Source of the DNA: Desulfotalea psychrophila LSv54
GTDB lineage: Bacteria > Desulfobacterota > Desulfobulbia > Desulfobulbales > Desulfocapsaceae
Assembly (NCBI RefSeq): GCF_000025945.1
Contig: NC_006138.1
Span: 150,001-182,000 of the forward strand
Direction of reading: 5' to 3'
Length of the DNA stretch: 32,000 bases
Shown here: piece by piece, positions 17,354 to 26,453 of the stretch
Position numbering within the stretch: position 1 is the first letter of the stretch
Layout: each line of letters begins with the position of its first letter
Notes under the pieces: model-generated
What the model was told of the DNA's origin: nothing
Seen by the model: only the letters and a program-made list of their open reading frames with translations
Database searches by the model: none
Program-made: the position numbers and the translations under genes

Positions 17354-18322
17354 GTGAATAAGCATACACTCCTCTCAGTCCAAGGACTTAAGGTTGATTT
17401 CAAACTGAGAGAAAAAATATTTACTGCCGTTGATGGCATCTCCTTTGACCTTGATCGTGGCCAGAGACTTGGTCTTGTCGGTGAATCAGGGGCAGGAAAA
17501 TCGGTTACCGGTTTTGGCATCATCAACCTGATCAGTAAACCGGGTTTCGTCTCCGGCGGCGCCGTCCTCTTTGAGGGAAGAGACCTGACCAAGCTAGGCC
17601 CCGAGGAAATACGACAAATTCGGGGTAACCGTATCAGTATGATCTTCCAGGATCCGATGATGACCCTGAATCCAGTGCTCACCGTCGGCACCCAGATGAT
17701 TGAAACCCTCCTTGCCCATAAAAATATCTCCAAAAAAGAGGCTGAAGCAATTGCCTTGGAGAAGTTGCGCAAGGTGGCAATCCCCTCCCCGGAAAAACGT
17801 TTAAGTCAGTACCCACACGAATTTTCAGGTGGGATGCGTCAGCGTATTGTTATTGCCATTGCCCTGCTGACCTCACCGTCACTGATCATAGCCGATGAGC
17901 CCACCACCGCCCTTGATGTAACCATCCAGGCAGATATCATGGAACTGCTTCTTGAGCTCTGCGAATCCGAAAATATGGCCCTGATCCTCATCACCCACGA
18001 TCTTGCCGTTGTCTCTCAGGTAGCGGAACGGGTAGCTGTAATGTATGCGGGCAATATCGTTGAGCTAGCCTCCACCAAAGACATCGGCGTACGACCTCAA
18101 CACCCATATACCAAGGGGCTACTGGCGGCTCTACCACAAAATGTTTCCCGCCGAGAAAGACTCAATCAGATTCCTGGCTCAATGCCAAGTATCACCAGCA
18201 AATCTGTTGGCTGTGCCTTCCATAAACGTTGCTCCTACGCTGAAGACATTTGCAAAACAACAGTGCCCCCTCTTGAGCTCAAGGCAAGTGGCGCAAGCGT
18301 TGCCTGTCATCTGGTGAAGTAG
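17354..18322 (+). CDS. ABC transporter ATP-binding protein (DppD/OppD-like)
   Basis: Walker A GESGAGKS, signature FSGGMRQR, Walker B LIIADEPTTALD and the C-terminal oligopeptide-type Cys motif (C.FH.RC.......C). GTG start. Confidence 0.9.
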   Translation: MNKHTLLSVQGLKVDFKLREKIFTAVDGISFDLDRGQRLGLVGESGAGKSVTGFGIINLISKPGFVSGGAVLFEGRDLTKLGPEEIRQIRGNRISMIFQDPMMTLNPVLTVGTQMIETLLAHKNISKKEAEAIALEKLRKVAIPSPEKRLSQYPHEFSGGMRQRIVIAIALLTSPSLIIADEPTTALDVTIQADIMELLLELCESENMALILITHDLAVVSQVAERVAVMYAGNIVELASTKDIGVRPQHPYTKGLLAALPQNVSRRERLNQIPGSMPSITSKSVGCAFHKRCSYAEDICKTTVPPLELKASGASVACHLVK

Positions 18323-18392
18323 GTAGGATGGGCATCGACTCTCTCTGATGTCCATCACCCTTTTCCCAAAAGACGAAAACAAAGGTTATGGT

Positions 18393-19406
18393 ATGAAAAA
18401 AGATACTCTTGTTAGCATCCAAAACGTAGTCAAACACTTTGACATCTCAGGTGGTTTGCTTGAACAGATACGTTTTAAAAATAATAAATTCGTTCGTGAA
18501 CAGAGCGTAGTTCACGCTCTCAACGGGGTGAGCCTCGATATTGGTCGTGGCAAGACAGTCAGCGTTGTTGGTGAATCCGGTTGTGGCAAATCCACCCTGG
18601 CTCGATGCGTTATTCGCCTCTATGAGCCAAATGGTGGTCAGATCATCTATGATGGCAAGCGGATAGACAACCTCAGTCACAAGCATATGGCGCCCTACCG
18701 AACACGAATGCAGATGGTCTTTCAGGACCCCTACTCCTCGCTCAATCCCCGCATGAGCGTTGCCCAGATACTTGAAGAACCGATCCGTTTTCACAATCGC
18801 TCCTACACTGCAGGCGATGTCACCGATAAGGTTGCAGAGGTTATGCAGCAGGTGGGAATTGATCCGCTCTGGCGTAAACGTTTCCCCCATGAATTTTCAG
18901 GTGGACAGAGGCAACGCATTGCCATTGCCCGGGCCCTGGCCGTTGATCCTGAGTTCATTGTGGCCGATGAACCCATTGCCGCCCTCGATGTCTCTATCCA
19001 GGCCCAGGTACTCAACCTCCTCATGGACCTTCAGCAGGAGCGGGGACTGACCTATATGTTTATCAGTCACGATCTCTCTGTGGTAGAGCATATTTCCAAT
19101 GAGGTGGCAGTAATGTACCTCGGCACTCTCTGTGAATTCGCCGAGACCGAAAACCTCTACTCCAATCCACGTCATCCCTACACCCGAGCCTTGCTCTCAG
19201 CAATTCCGCAATTTGGCCAGAAGGGTTTTCAGCATCTGCGCCTGCAGGGCGATGTACCAACCCCCATAGACCTGCCATCCGGTTGTGTTTTTCATGGAAG
19301 GTGTCCCTATGCGGATAAACGATGTCGAACCGAAATGCCCATCATCAGACGACTCGACTGCGGATCACAGGTCGCCTGTCATGGCGTTGAAGAAGGAAGA
19401 ATCTAA
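18393..19406 (+). CDS. ABC transporter ATP-binding protein (DppF/OppF-like)
   Basis: Walker A GESGCGKST, signature FSGGQRQR, Walker B FIVADEPIAALD and C-terminal C.FH.RC. The start is set at MKKDTLVSIQNV; an upstream ATG at 18348 is possible. Confidence 0.9.
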   Translation: MKKDTLVSIQNVVKHFDISGGLLEQIRFKNNKFVREQSVVHALNGVSLDIGRGKTVSVVGESGCGKSTLARCVIRLYEPNGGQIIYDGKRIDNLSHKHMAPYRTRMQMVFQDPYSSLNPRMSVAQILEEPIRFHNRSYTAGDVTDKVAEVMQQVGIDPLWRKRFPHEFSGGQRQRIAIARALAVDPEFIVADEPIAALDVSIQAQVLNLLMDLQQERGLTYMFISHDLSVVEHISNEVAVMYLGTLCEFAETENLYSNPRHPYTRALLSAIPQFGQKGFQHLRLQGDVPTPIDLPSGCVFHGRCPYADKRCRTEMPIIRRLDCGSQVACHGVEEGRI

Positions 19407-19852
19407 TGGAAGAACAGCCCTATGCCCCCGCTGGTGAATTACTGCTACGCACTCTGGCCATGCCCTCTGACACAAACCCCAATGGTGACATCTTCGGTGG
19501 TTGGATTATGTCACAGATGGATATTGCCGGTGGTATTTTAGCCAAGGAGATCAGCTGTGCCCGTACAGTCACAGTTGCCGTAGACAGTATCGTTTTCATT
19601 AAACCGGTAAGCGTCGGCGACGTAGTCTGCTGCCATGGCAAGGTAATTCATATCGGCACCACATCGATGAAAATAAATTTGGAGGTCTGGACAAAAAAGA
19701 CCTCCGCATCCGGTACAGCCCACGCCCATGAACGTTTTTTAGTTACCAAGGCAGCCTTTACCTATGTGGCCATCGATGCCATGGGAAAAAAGCAGGTCAT
19801 TGACAAGGAGAGTCCCTGCTTTCAGGAGTTTATGCAAAATCTCCCCCTATAA
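19406..19852 (+). CDS. yciA: Acyl-CoA thioester hydrolase, YciA-type hotdog fold
   Basis: LLLRTLAMPSDTNPNGDIFGGWIMSQMDIAGGILAKEI...VGDVVCCHGK...GTTSMKINLEVW is near-colinear with E. coli YciA as I recall it. The ATG overlaps the upstream TAA (TAATG). Confidence 0.88.
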   Translation: MEEQPYAPAGELLLRTLAMPSDTNPNGDIFGGWIMSQMDIAGGILAKEISCARTVTVAVDSIVFIKPVSVGDVVCCHGKVIHIGTTSMKINLEVWTKKTSASGTAHAHERFLVTKAAFTYVAIDAMGKKQVIDKESPCFQEFMQNLPL

Positions 19853-19909
19853 TCCATAAAGCAGAGAAAATAGTCCTCGAACCAAGAACACTTTTTATTA
19901 GTTTCTCTC

Positions 19910-19951
19910 CCACCCTGACAGATTCCCCCCTGCCAGGGTGGTTTTTTTTTT
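19910..19951 (+). terminator. Rho-independent terminator of the ABC-yciA operon
   Basis: CCACCCTG (19910-19917) / CAGGGTGG (19934-19941), followed by ten T residues. Confidence 0.85.
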
Positions 19952-20033
19952 CAAATCAAGCTATTATCCTGCAAAAGCACTGTAAACAACCCCAACCAAC
20001 CCTCCTCTGCCTAACATAAGAATTGAGGTATCA

Positions 20034-21434
20034 ATGTTTGCTTCACAGCTACGACGATCACTACTCCTCCTACTCACGCCCCTACTGCTGTTAAGCTGTA
20101 GCATGATCCCCCCAAAAGAAGCCCACCACCAACAGCTACTTACCCCAGAAGAAATTGGTATAAGAGCTGAAATGCAGATCAGAACCTGCCGCTGGTGGGA
20201 AGATTTCAGAGACCCTCAACTCAACACCCTGATAGAGATGGGCCTCCGGCAAAACCTCAATTTACAGCAGGTGAGTTATCGCCTCTCATTGGCCAAGCAA
20301 CAGGTTCTTCTCAACCAGGCAGGACAAAAGGTGCAGGCCAACCTTAAACTGAACGGTGGTGGCCTTGCTGCCAAGGGAGATTTTCCCAGTCAAAATTCAG
20401 CATTTGCCCTGGCCCTGCCCATGGTTGGCTACAACTTAGATTTTTGGGGCAAGATAGAGAACAGGGTACTTGCGGCAAGCAACAGAGAGAAGGCCGCTCA
20501 GGTAAATGTCACCCAGGCCAGGTTGGCCCTGGCCGTCTCCATCGCCCAGAGCTATTTAAACCTACAGAACAATCGGCAACAAAAGCAGGTCCTGCATAGG
20601 ATGATAACAAACCAGAAGGCAGCAGAGGAGATTATCGTAGGGAGCGTAAAAAGAGGTTTTCTCCCCTACGAAGAGTTACTGCAGAGCCAAAGCTATAGCC
20701 ACCTTCTCAGGGCAGAACTGACAGGAGCTAAAGCCCAAGAAATACTTGCAAAAAATCAAATAGCACTCTACCTGGCCAGAACAACAGAACAACTCGCCCC
20801 CCTGGTAGATGGAAAACTTACCCTCATAGCACCGCTGCAAGAGGTTCTATCCATCCCCATGAATCTGCTGGCAAGACGCCCCGACATTCAGGGCAAAAAA
20901 TGGATTGTGCAGGCCTATGCCGCCGAGATAAAGGTGGCACGGACTGCCTTCTATCCCGATTTTAACCTTATGCTTGGCGGGGCTTTTCTGGCAATGACCA
21001 ACATACATCCAGACAAGCTCTCCCTTCTCAGCGGATCAATTGCCACCAGCCTCCCCCTCTATGATGGTGGCCTTCGAGATGCGGGTCTCTCTATTGCCAA
21101 TATAATGTACGACAGAGCCGTACTTGACTATAACCAATCCCTGCTCGGAGCCGTACGCGAGGCATCCGATGCCATTATTTTACTCAAGACAAGCCAAGAG
21201 CAAGAGATGCTCACCGGCATCTCAACCGAAAAGCAGAGGCAGGCATATGATATTGCCAGAAAAAAATATCAGCGGGGAATTAGTCCATATCTCCTGATGA
21301 ACCAGGCAGAGAGCAGATGGCAGCAAACCTTCCTCAATCTTATTAAAACAGAGACAGCAACACTGCAGAGCCAATTACGCCTTATCATGGCTCTGGGCGG
21401 CGGTTACAGCCCAAAAGCTGCTACGGAGAAATAA
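20034..21434 (+). CDS. Outer-membrane efflux lipoprotein (NodT/TolC family)
   Basis: Signal peptide with the lipobox LLSC, two OEP repeats, and the size and position upstream of the membrane-fusion and MFS pump genes. Confidence 0.85.
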   Translation: MFASQLRRSLLLLLTPLLLLSCSMIPPKEAHHQQLLTPEEIGIRAEMQIRTCRWWEDFRDPQLNTLIEMGLRQNLNLQQVSYRLSLAKQQVLLNQAGQKVQANLKLNGGGLAAKGDFPSQNSAFALALPMVGYNLDFWGKIENRVLAASNREKAAQVNVTQARLALAVSIAQSYLNLQNNRQQKQVLHRMITNQKAAEEIIVGSVKRGFLPYEELLQSQSYSHLLRAELTGAKAQEILAKNQIALYLARTTEQLAPLVDGKLTLIAPLQEVLSIPMNLLARRPDIQGKKWIVQAYAAEIKVARTAFYPDFNLMLGGAFLAMTNIHPDKLSLLSGSIATSLPLYDGGLRDAGLSIANIMYDRAVLDYNQSLLGAVREASDAIILLKTSQEQEMLTGISTEKQRQAYDIARKKYQRGISPYLLMNQAESRWQQTFLNLIKTETATLQSQLRLIMALGGGYSPKAATEK

Positions 21435-22580
21435 ATGCCCACAACATCACAGGAAAATAAGCCAAAAAGAAACCTCCTTATAGCTATTTTTTTAATAGCC
21501 ATCGCAATCGGCATCGTCATATGGATTTTTCTCTCACAGAGACAACAGGAATCAACCGACGATGCCTATGTTATAGGCAACACCATCATTATCAGCTCCA
21601 AAATTGCCGGAACGGTGCAAAAGATCTCTGTCTCCAACACAGAGTTTGTCGATCAACAACAAATTCTTATCGAGCTTGAGCAAAACGATCTCCTCATACA
21701 GGAAAAAATAGCTGAGGCCAATCTGACCAGGATTGTGCGCACGGTCAAGAGCCAGTACCTTACCACCGGCCAACTTAAAGACAATATAAGGGCCACGGAT
21801 TTTAAAATTGCCGAACTTGAGGCCGATCTGGCCAGACGGGCAGGCGGAGATCTTGATGGCACCGTCACTCTGGAGAACCTACAACACATGGGACAGGCAA
21901 TCAAAATTGCCAGGGCCCAACGTGACAGTGCCCGCCAGGGACTAGAGGCAAAACAGACCATTTTTCCAGGCGAAGAGCTACAAAACAACCCTGAAATCAA
22001 ACTGGCCACCGCTCACCTGCAAGAGATCTATCTGGCAAGGATAAACAGCACCATCATTGCCCCAATGCATGGCCTCATAGCCAACAGGAGCATTCAGGCC
22101 GGCGAAAGGATCTCTCCCGGACAGCCTCTGATGGCCGTCATCCCCCTTGATAATGTCTGGGTGGTAGCAAATTTCAAGGAAACTCAGCTCGGAGATATCC
22201 GCATCGGCCAAGCCGTAGAACTTATCTCCGATATCTATGGCAAGAAGCTCCCATTTGAGGGCATTATTGCAGGCATCGGTGCTGGAACCGGTAGCGCATT
22301 TTCAGCAATCCCTGCCGAGAACGCCACGGGCAACTGGATTAAAATAGTGCAGAGGGTACCCGTCAAAATCTTCATCAGCCCGGATCAAATCAAAAAGCAC
22401 CCCCTACGGATAGGCATGTCGATGACAGTAAGGGTAGATACTAAAGATCAAGAGGAGAAGAGCTTTCAGCACATTCAACAGCACGATGACATCTCCGCGA
22501 TCTATCAAAGCCATAGACAACTGGCCGAGCAACAGGCCAGAGATTTTCTTAATACCCTCCTTATCCATAACAATAAATAA
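21435..22580 (+). CDS. HlyD/EmrA-family membrane fusion protein
   Basis: Single N-terminal TM helix, coiled-coil middle region, a lipoyl/beta-barrel motif (I.AP..G.I....I..G..I..GQPLMAV.P.D..WV.ANFKETQL) and GNW.K..QR.PV.I at the C-terminus. Confidence 0.88.
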   Translation: MPTTSQENKPKRNLLIAIFLIAIAIGIVIWIFLSQRQQESTDDAYVIGNTIIISSKIAGTVQKISVSNTEFVDQQQILIELEQNDLLIQEKIAEANLTRIVRTVKSQYLTTGQLKDNIRATDFKIAELEADLARRAGGDLDGTVTLENLQHMGQAIKIARAQRDSARQGLEAKQTIFPGEELQNNPEIKLATAHLQEIYLARINSTIIAPMHGLIANRSIQAGERISPGQPLMAVIPLDNVWVVANFKETQLGDIRIGQAVELISDIYGKKLPFEGIIAGIGAGTGSAFSAIPAENATGNWIKIVQRVPVKIFISPDQIKKHPLRIGMSMTVRVDTKDQEEKSFQHIQQHDDISAIYQSHRQLAEQQARDFLNTLLIHNNK

Positions 22581-24088
22581 TGGCCAACTCCCCCCAGAGC
22601 ACGCAGTGGCTACAGGGCATTAAGCTTACTGCCGCAACATTTTCCCTGGCCATGGCCGCCTTTATGATGGTACTGGATACCACCATTGCCAACGTCGCCG
22701 TCCCCACCATTGCCGGTAATGTGGGAGTCTCGGTAGATCAGGGCACCTGGGTCATTACCGCCTTTGGAGCAGCAAATGCGATCTCCATGCCCCTCACCGG
22801 CTTCCTCAGTCACCGATTCGGCGAGGTGCGCCTCTTTCTCTTCGCCGTCATAGGCTTCACCCTCACCTCTTTTCTCTGTGGAACGGCAACCAGCATGGAA
22901 TCGCTGGTTATCTATCGCATTCTCCAAGGCGCAGTATCGGGCTCTATAGCCCCCCTCTCCCAGAGCTTACTACTCCGTTGTTACTCCAAAGAGAAGAGAG
23001 GGACAGCCCTGGCCCTATGGACCCTAACCATTATCGTCGCCCCCATTGTCGGCCCCATCCTCGGCGGCTACCTCACCGACAATTACCACTGGTCATGGAT
23101 ATTTTTTATCAATGTACCCATTGGTATTTTTGTCCTTATCTCCTGTAGCATGCTGCTCAAGGGAAAGGAAACTACCCGTAGCCGCCCAAGCATCGATTAC
23201 ATAGGTATAGGCCTATTGGTCTTTGCCGCTGGTAGCCTGCAGATGCTACTTGATCTGGGCAAACAGCACGACTGGTTCCAATCCACATTTATCATAGGCC
23301 TTGGCCTTGTTGCCCTTGTCTCCTGGGGAGTGATGATCATTTGGGAGTATTACCACGACAACCCAGTGGTTAATGTCAGGCTCTTTAAAAACCGTAATTT
23401 TTCCCTGGCCGTTCTTATTATGGGTCTGGGTTACGGCATATACTTTGGTTCATCGGTACTCCTGCCCCTCTGGTTACAGGGAGTCATGGGATATACGGCA
23501 ACATGGGCAGGACTTGCCACCTCTCCCTCCGGAATCCTCGCCGTGGTTTCCGCACCCATGATGGCCTATCTGACAAGAAAAGTTGATCTCCGTCTTATCT
23601 TAACCTATGCCTTTGTTAACTTTGCCATAGTCGGTTTTTGGCGGGCAAATTTTTCTCTCGACAACTCCTTTTTCATCATCTTCCTGCCCCAGCTGGTGGT
23701 GGGGGCTGCAACCATGCCCTTTCTTGTCCCCCTGCAGAGAATGATCATAGACGGTTTACCCTCTTCACAGATTGCCACAGCAGTTGCCCTCTCCAGTTTT
23801 TTTAGAACACTTTCAGGCAGTTTCTCGTCTTCCGTGGTCACCACCGCCTGGGACGACAGAATGACATTTCACTATGCAAGAATCGCTGAAAATTTCACCG
23901 TCTACAACCAGTATTCAATGGGCTACCTCAGAGATGTACATGGCAATATATCTCTTATGAGTAAGATAATTATGCGCCAGGCCTATATGCTCTCCACGGT
24001 GGATCTCTTCTGGGCAACTGGCGTAATCTGCCTCTGCCTTGTCCCCATAATATGGCTGACTAAACCAATAAATATAGAGATAGAGTAA
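22580..24088 (+). CDS. MFS DHA2-family (EmrB/QacA-type, 14-TMS) drug efflux pump
   Basis: LDTTIANVAVPTIAG, RFGEVRLF, GGYLTDNYHWSWIFFINVPIG motifs. The start overlaps the upstream stop (TAATG). Confidence 0.9.
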   Translation: MANSPQSTQWLQGIKLTAATFSLAMAAFMMVLDTTIANVAVPTIAGNVGVSVDQGTWVITAFGAANAISMPLTGFLSHRFGEVRLFLFAVIGFTLTSFLCGTATSMESLVIYRILQGAVSGSIAPLSQSLLLRCYSKEKRGTALALWTLTIIVAPIVGPILGGYLTDNYHWSWIFFINVPIGIFVLISCSMLLKGKETTRSRPSIDYIGIGLLVFAAGSLQMLLDLGKQHDWFQSTFIIGLGLVALVSWGVMIIWEYYHDNPVVNVRLFKNRNFSLAVLIMGLGYGIYFGSSVLLPLWLQGVMGYTATWAGLATSPSGILAVVSAPMMAYLTRKVDLRLILTYAFVNFAIVGFWRANFSLDNSFFIIFLPQLVVGAATMPFLVPLQRMIIDGLPSSQIATAVALSSFFRTLSGSFSSSVVTTAWDDRMTFHYARIAENFTVYNQYSMGYLRDVHGNISLMSKIIMRQAYMLSTVDLFWATGVICLCLVPIIWLTKPINIEIE

Positions 24089-24219
24089 TTTTACGGACAG
24101 TAACAGAGAAGTACCTATCTCAAATAAAATGTGAGTCACACAGCTAGCCCTCGCCCGCTCAATCTATATCCCGCCACACCCTAACGCCAGAGCCTCAATC
24201 TGCCATGAGCCCAACGCAA

Positions 24220-24246
24220 GTAACACGAATTATATCTTTGTGTTAC
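24220..24246 (+). promoter_or_regulatory. Operator palindrome 1: GTAACAC-N13-GTGTTAC (NikR-like half-sites)
   Basis: Perfect 7-bp arms at 24220-24226 and 24240-24246, immediately upstream of the -35 box. Confidence 0.6.
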
Positions 24247-24253
24247 TTCATCC

Positions 24254-24282
24254 TTGACAGAAACGCCTCTCCTTGCTAATAC
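24254..24282 (+). promoter_or_regulatory. Near-consensus sigma70 promoter
   Basis: TTGACA (24254-24259), 17-nt spacer, TAATAC (24277-24282), about 135 nt upstream of the DUF4198 gene ATG. Confidence 0.55.
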
Positions 24283-24292
24283 ATTGAGCTTC

Positions 24293-24319
24293 GTAACACT
24301 TTTTGTAATTTAGTGTTAC
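24293..24319 (+). promoter_or_regulatory. Operator palindrome 2: GTAACAC-N13-GTGTTAC
   Basis: Perfect 7-bp arms at 24293-24299 and 24313-24319 (8 bp with the flanking C/G). It starts 10 nt after the -10 box, so it covers the predicted transcription start. Confidence 0.6.
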
Positions 24320-24416
24320 GAAGTTCAGGCAGTCAAAGAGACTTTTTACCTAAAAAAATATCTTCGGTAAAACATCTCAAATTCTTAGTAGAAACAGATA
24401 ATTTCAGGAGAATTAA

Positions 24417-25190
24417 ATGAAAAAGGCTTTCACCTCACTCACTTTTTTTTGTGCTACTCTGCTCTTCCTCTCATCTGCAAATGCCCATGAATTTATTGTA
24501 AAACCTGTTCAGTTCAATGTTCCCGTCGACCATAAACTACCCTTTAATGTCATCTCCTGTCATGCCTTCATGATCAGTGAAGAGGCAGAGGCAATCAACC
24601 AGGTTGAAGTTGCCCTGATTAAAGGCGACAAAAAAACAAAACTGTCACTACAAAAAAATGACACCCTCCTCACTCTGGATGGTACCGCCGATATCAAGGA
24701 GGCTGGCACATCCATACTTGTTGGCCATCGCCATGGTATTACCTGGACCCAAACAACAACAGGATGGAAACAGGCGAGTAAAAAGAAGTGCAAAGGAGTT
24801 ATCTCCAGCGGTAAATATGAAAAATTCTGCAAAACACTTATCAATGCCGGCAAGGCAGATAATGGTTATAGCCAGATTCTCGGACAACAACTTGAAATAG
24901 TACCAATCTCAAATCCTGCTAAGGCTATTGTCGGCAAAGAGATGTCCTTCCAAATTTTAGCTGACGGCAAGCCACTTTCCACAAAAGTTTATGCCACCTA
25001 TGATGGATTTAGTAACAGAGTAAACACCTATGCCTACTTCACCGAAACCGATGATAGCGGCATAGCCCATGTCCAGATCACTCACGCGGGGACATGGATG
25101 CTTAGGGTTGAGCATATAGATGATAAGGCTACAGCGGATTACGACAAACATATACTACGGGCTGTTCTCGTTTTCAGTGTAACAAGATGA
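24417..25190 (+). CDS. DUF4198 / COG5266 (NikK/CbiK-like) periplasmic metal-uptake component
   Basis: RBS aggag. A signal peptide ends SSANA, followed by HEFIVKP; a mature N-terminal His then a hydrophobic strand is typical of DUF4198. About 257 aa, predicted beta-rich. Confidence 0.7.
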   Translation: MKKAFTSLTFFCATLLFLSSANAHEFIVKPVQFNVPVDHKLPFNVISCHAFMISEEAEAINQVEVALIKGDKKTKLSLQKNDTLLTLDGTADIKEAGTSILVGHRHGITWTQTTTGWKQASKKKCKGVISSGKYEKFCKTLINAGKADNGYSQILGQQLEIVPISNPAKAIVGKEMSFQILADGKPLSTKVYATYDGFSNRVNTYAYFTETDDSGIAHVQITHAGTWMLRVEHIDDKATADYDKHILRAVLVFSVTR

Positions 25191-25675
25191 GAGTAAAAAT
25201 TTACCCATCTCTTGTCGCTCTCTCCCTTCTTCTTATGGCAATGACTCTGAGTTCCCCTACAGCGTCATGCGCCCACGGGACAGGCTACAGAATAGTGGAC
25301 AACGATGACACTGTAACCATGGAATTTTATTACTCTACTGGTAGTCTAATGCCATACGCAGAGGTACTAATTTTTAGCCCGACAGATAAGGAGAGTGAAT
25401 ATCAAAACGGCAGGACTGACAGGAGAGGACGATTTGCCTTCCGGCCCAACAGTCCCGGAGAATGGCAGATAAAGGTCTATGATGGCCGAGGCCATAAGGT
25501 AAACGGCAAATGTTCAGTCACCAGGGCCGATGAAACAGATTCTCCCCTAATACTCAAATCAACATCCGCCAAGACCGTACCAAAGAGGTGGGGCGTGATT
25601 TTAGGAATCAGCCTTATCTTCAATCTCTGTGGCGCAATCGCCCTGTTCAACAAAAAGAGACAAAAAAAAGCTTAA
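25187..25675 (+). CDS. Exported beta-sandwich (transthyretin/CarboxypepD_reg-like) protein with a C-terminal membrane anchor
   Basis: ATGA start/stop overlap with the upstream gene. It has a signal peptide and the motif NGRTDRRGRFAFRPNSPGEWQIKVYDGRGH, typical of this fold. A C-terminal hydrophobic helix (WGVILGISLIFNLCGAIALF) is followed by KKRQKKA. Confidence 0.65.
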   Translation: MRVKIYPSLVALSLLLMAMTLSSPTASCAHGTGYRIVDNDDTVTMEFYYSTGSLMPYAEVLIFSPTDKESEYQNGRTDRRGRFAFRPNSPGEWQIKVYDGRGHKVNGKCSVTRADETDSPLILKSTSAKTVPKRWGVILGISLIFNLCGAIALFNKKRQKKA

Positions 25676-25898
25676 TCTGGCACCACTCTAATACATTAAA
25701 AGCCAGGCCTCAGATCTCTTAACCAAAATAGCCTCAGCTATTCTAAGTTGAATACTGGCGCCCATTTAAAAAGAGAGAGGCCTGGCAGTCCCATATCTCG
25801 ACAATCATAATTCAAGGAGCTGGTAAAATAGCTGCACGGCAGCCTATCTCTTTTTAAAAAACTTTAACTAGCCGTAAACTTATGATAAAATTATTCGC

Positions 25899-26453
25899 AT
25901 GGATAATAAAAATGACATAACACACAGGACGATATTTTTGCGCAATTTTTTCTTCGCCCATAATAAAGAAGAAATCCAACAGGCTGTCACAGAGCTTGCA
26001 GCGTTTTCCCATACCCCACTGCCCGCCAATACGGATTGGTTTAAGGTAGAAGCTGACTTTAAACGCCTCTTTAGCAAGCCGACGCTCAGTCCTGCACCCC
26101 CCTACGCCTCTGCCTATATCAACGAAAACAGCACCAAGACAAGTGCCGCACTTGAAATTCAAAATTTTTACTCTTTCTTAGGCGTTAAGGCCCCGGACAG
26201 CCAAGCTGTCGATCATCTCTCTCACCAACTGAATGCCTATATCCTCCTACTTAAGGAGCAGGCAAATCGACCCAGGGATCAAAACCTGAAGAATCTGCAA
26301 AAAAAATTCATTCAGGTTCACCTGGAACAGTGGTTACCCAAATTTATTAGCGCTATGCGTCAGGAAAAAGACCTTCCCTTAGCCATCACCATGGTCACAA
26401 ACTCCCTGGAAAGTTGGTTTAAGGCCGAAAAAATAGCCCTCACCAACAAATAG
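25899..26453 (+). CDS. TorD/DmsD/NarJ-family redox-enzyme maturation (Tat proofreading) chaperone
   Basis: Family pattern F.RLF..P....APPYASAYI......T...L.I..FY...G........VDHLSHQLNAY.LL. There is no obvious RBS, so the start is uncertain. Confidence 0.65.
   Translation: MDNKNDITHRTIFLRNFFFAHNKEEIQQAVTELAAFSHTPLPANTDWFKVEADFKRLFSKPTLSPAPPYASAYINENSTKTSAALEIQNFYSFLGVKAPDSQAVDHLSHQLNAYILLLKEQANRPRDQNLKNLQKKFIQVHLEQWLPKFISAMRQEKDLPLAITMVTNSLESWFKAEKIALTNK

Noticed and set aside
25702-25786. 10-16 bp inverted repeat (GCCAGGCCTC...GAGGCCTGGC) with a 65-nt interior after the nickel-locus genes, plus a small GCTGC/GCAGC hairpin at 25831-25855
   Set aside because: These are probably just transcript-end or stabilising structure for the two-gene unit. 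There is no T-run after the long stem and nothing else distinctive. I did not consider it strong enough to list as a feature.
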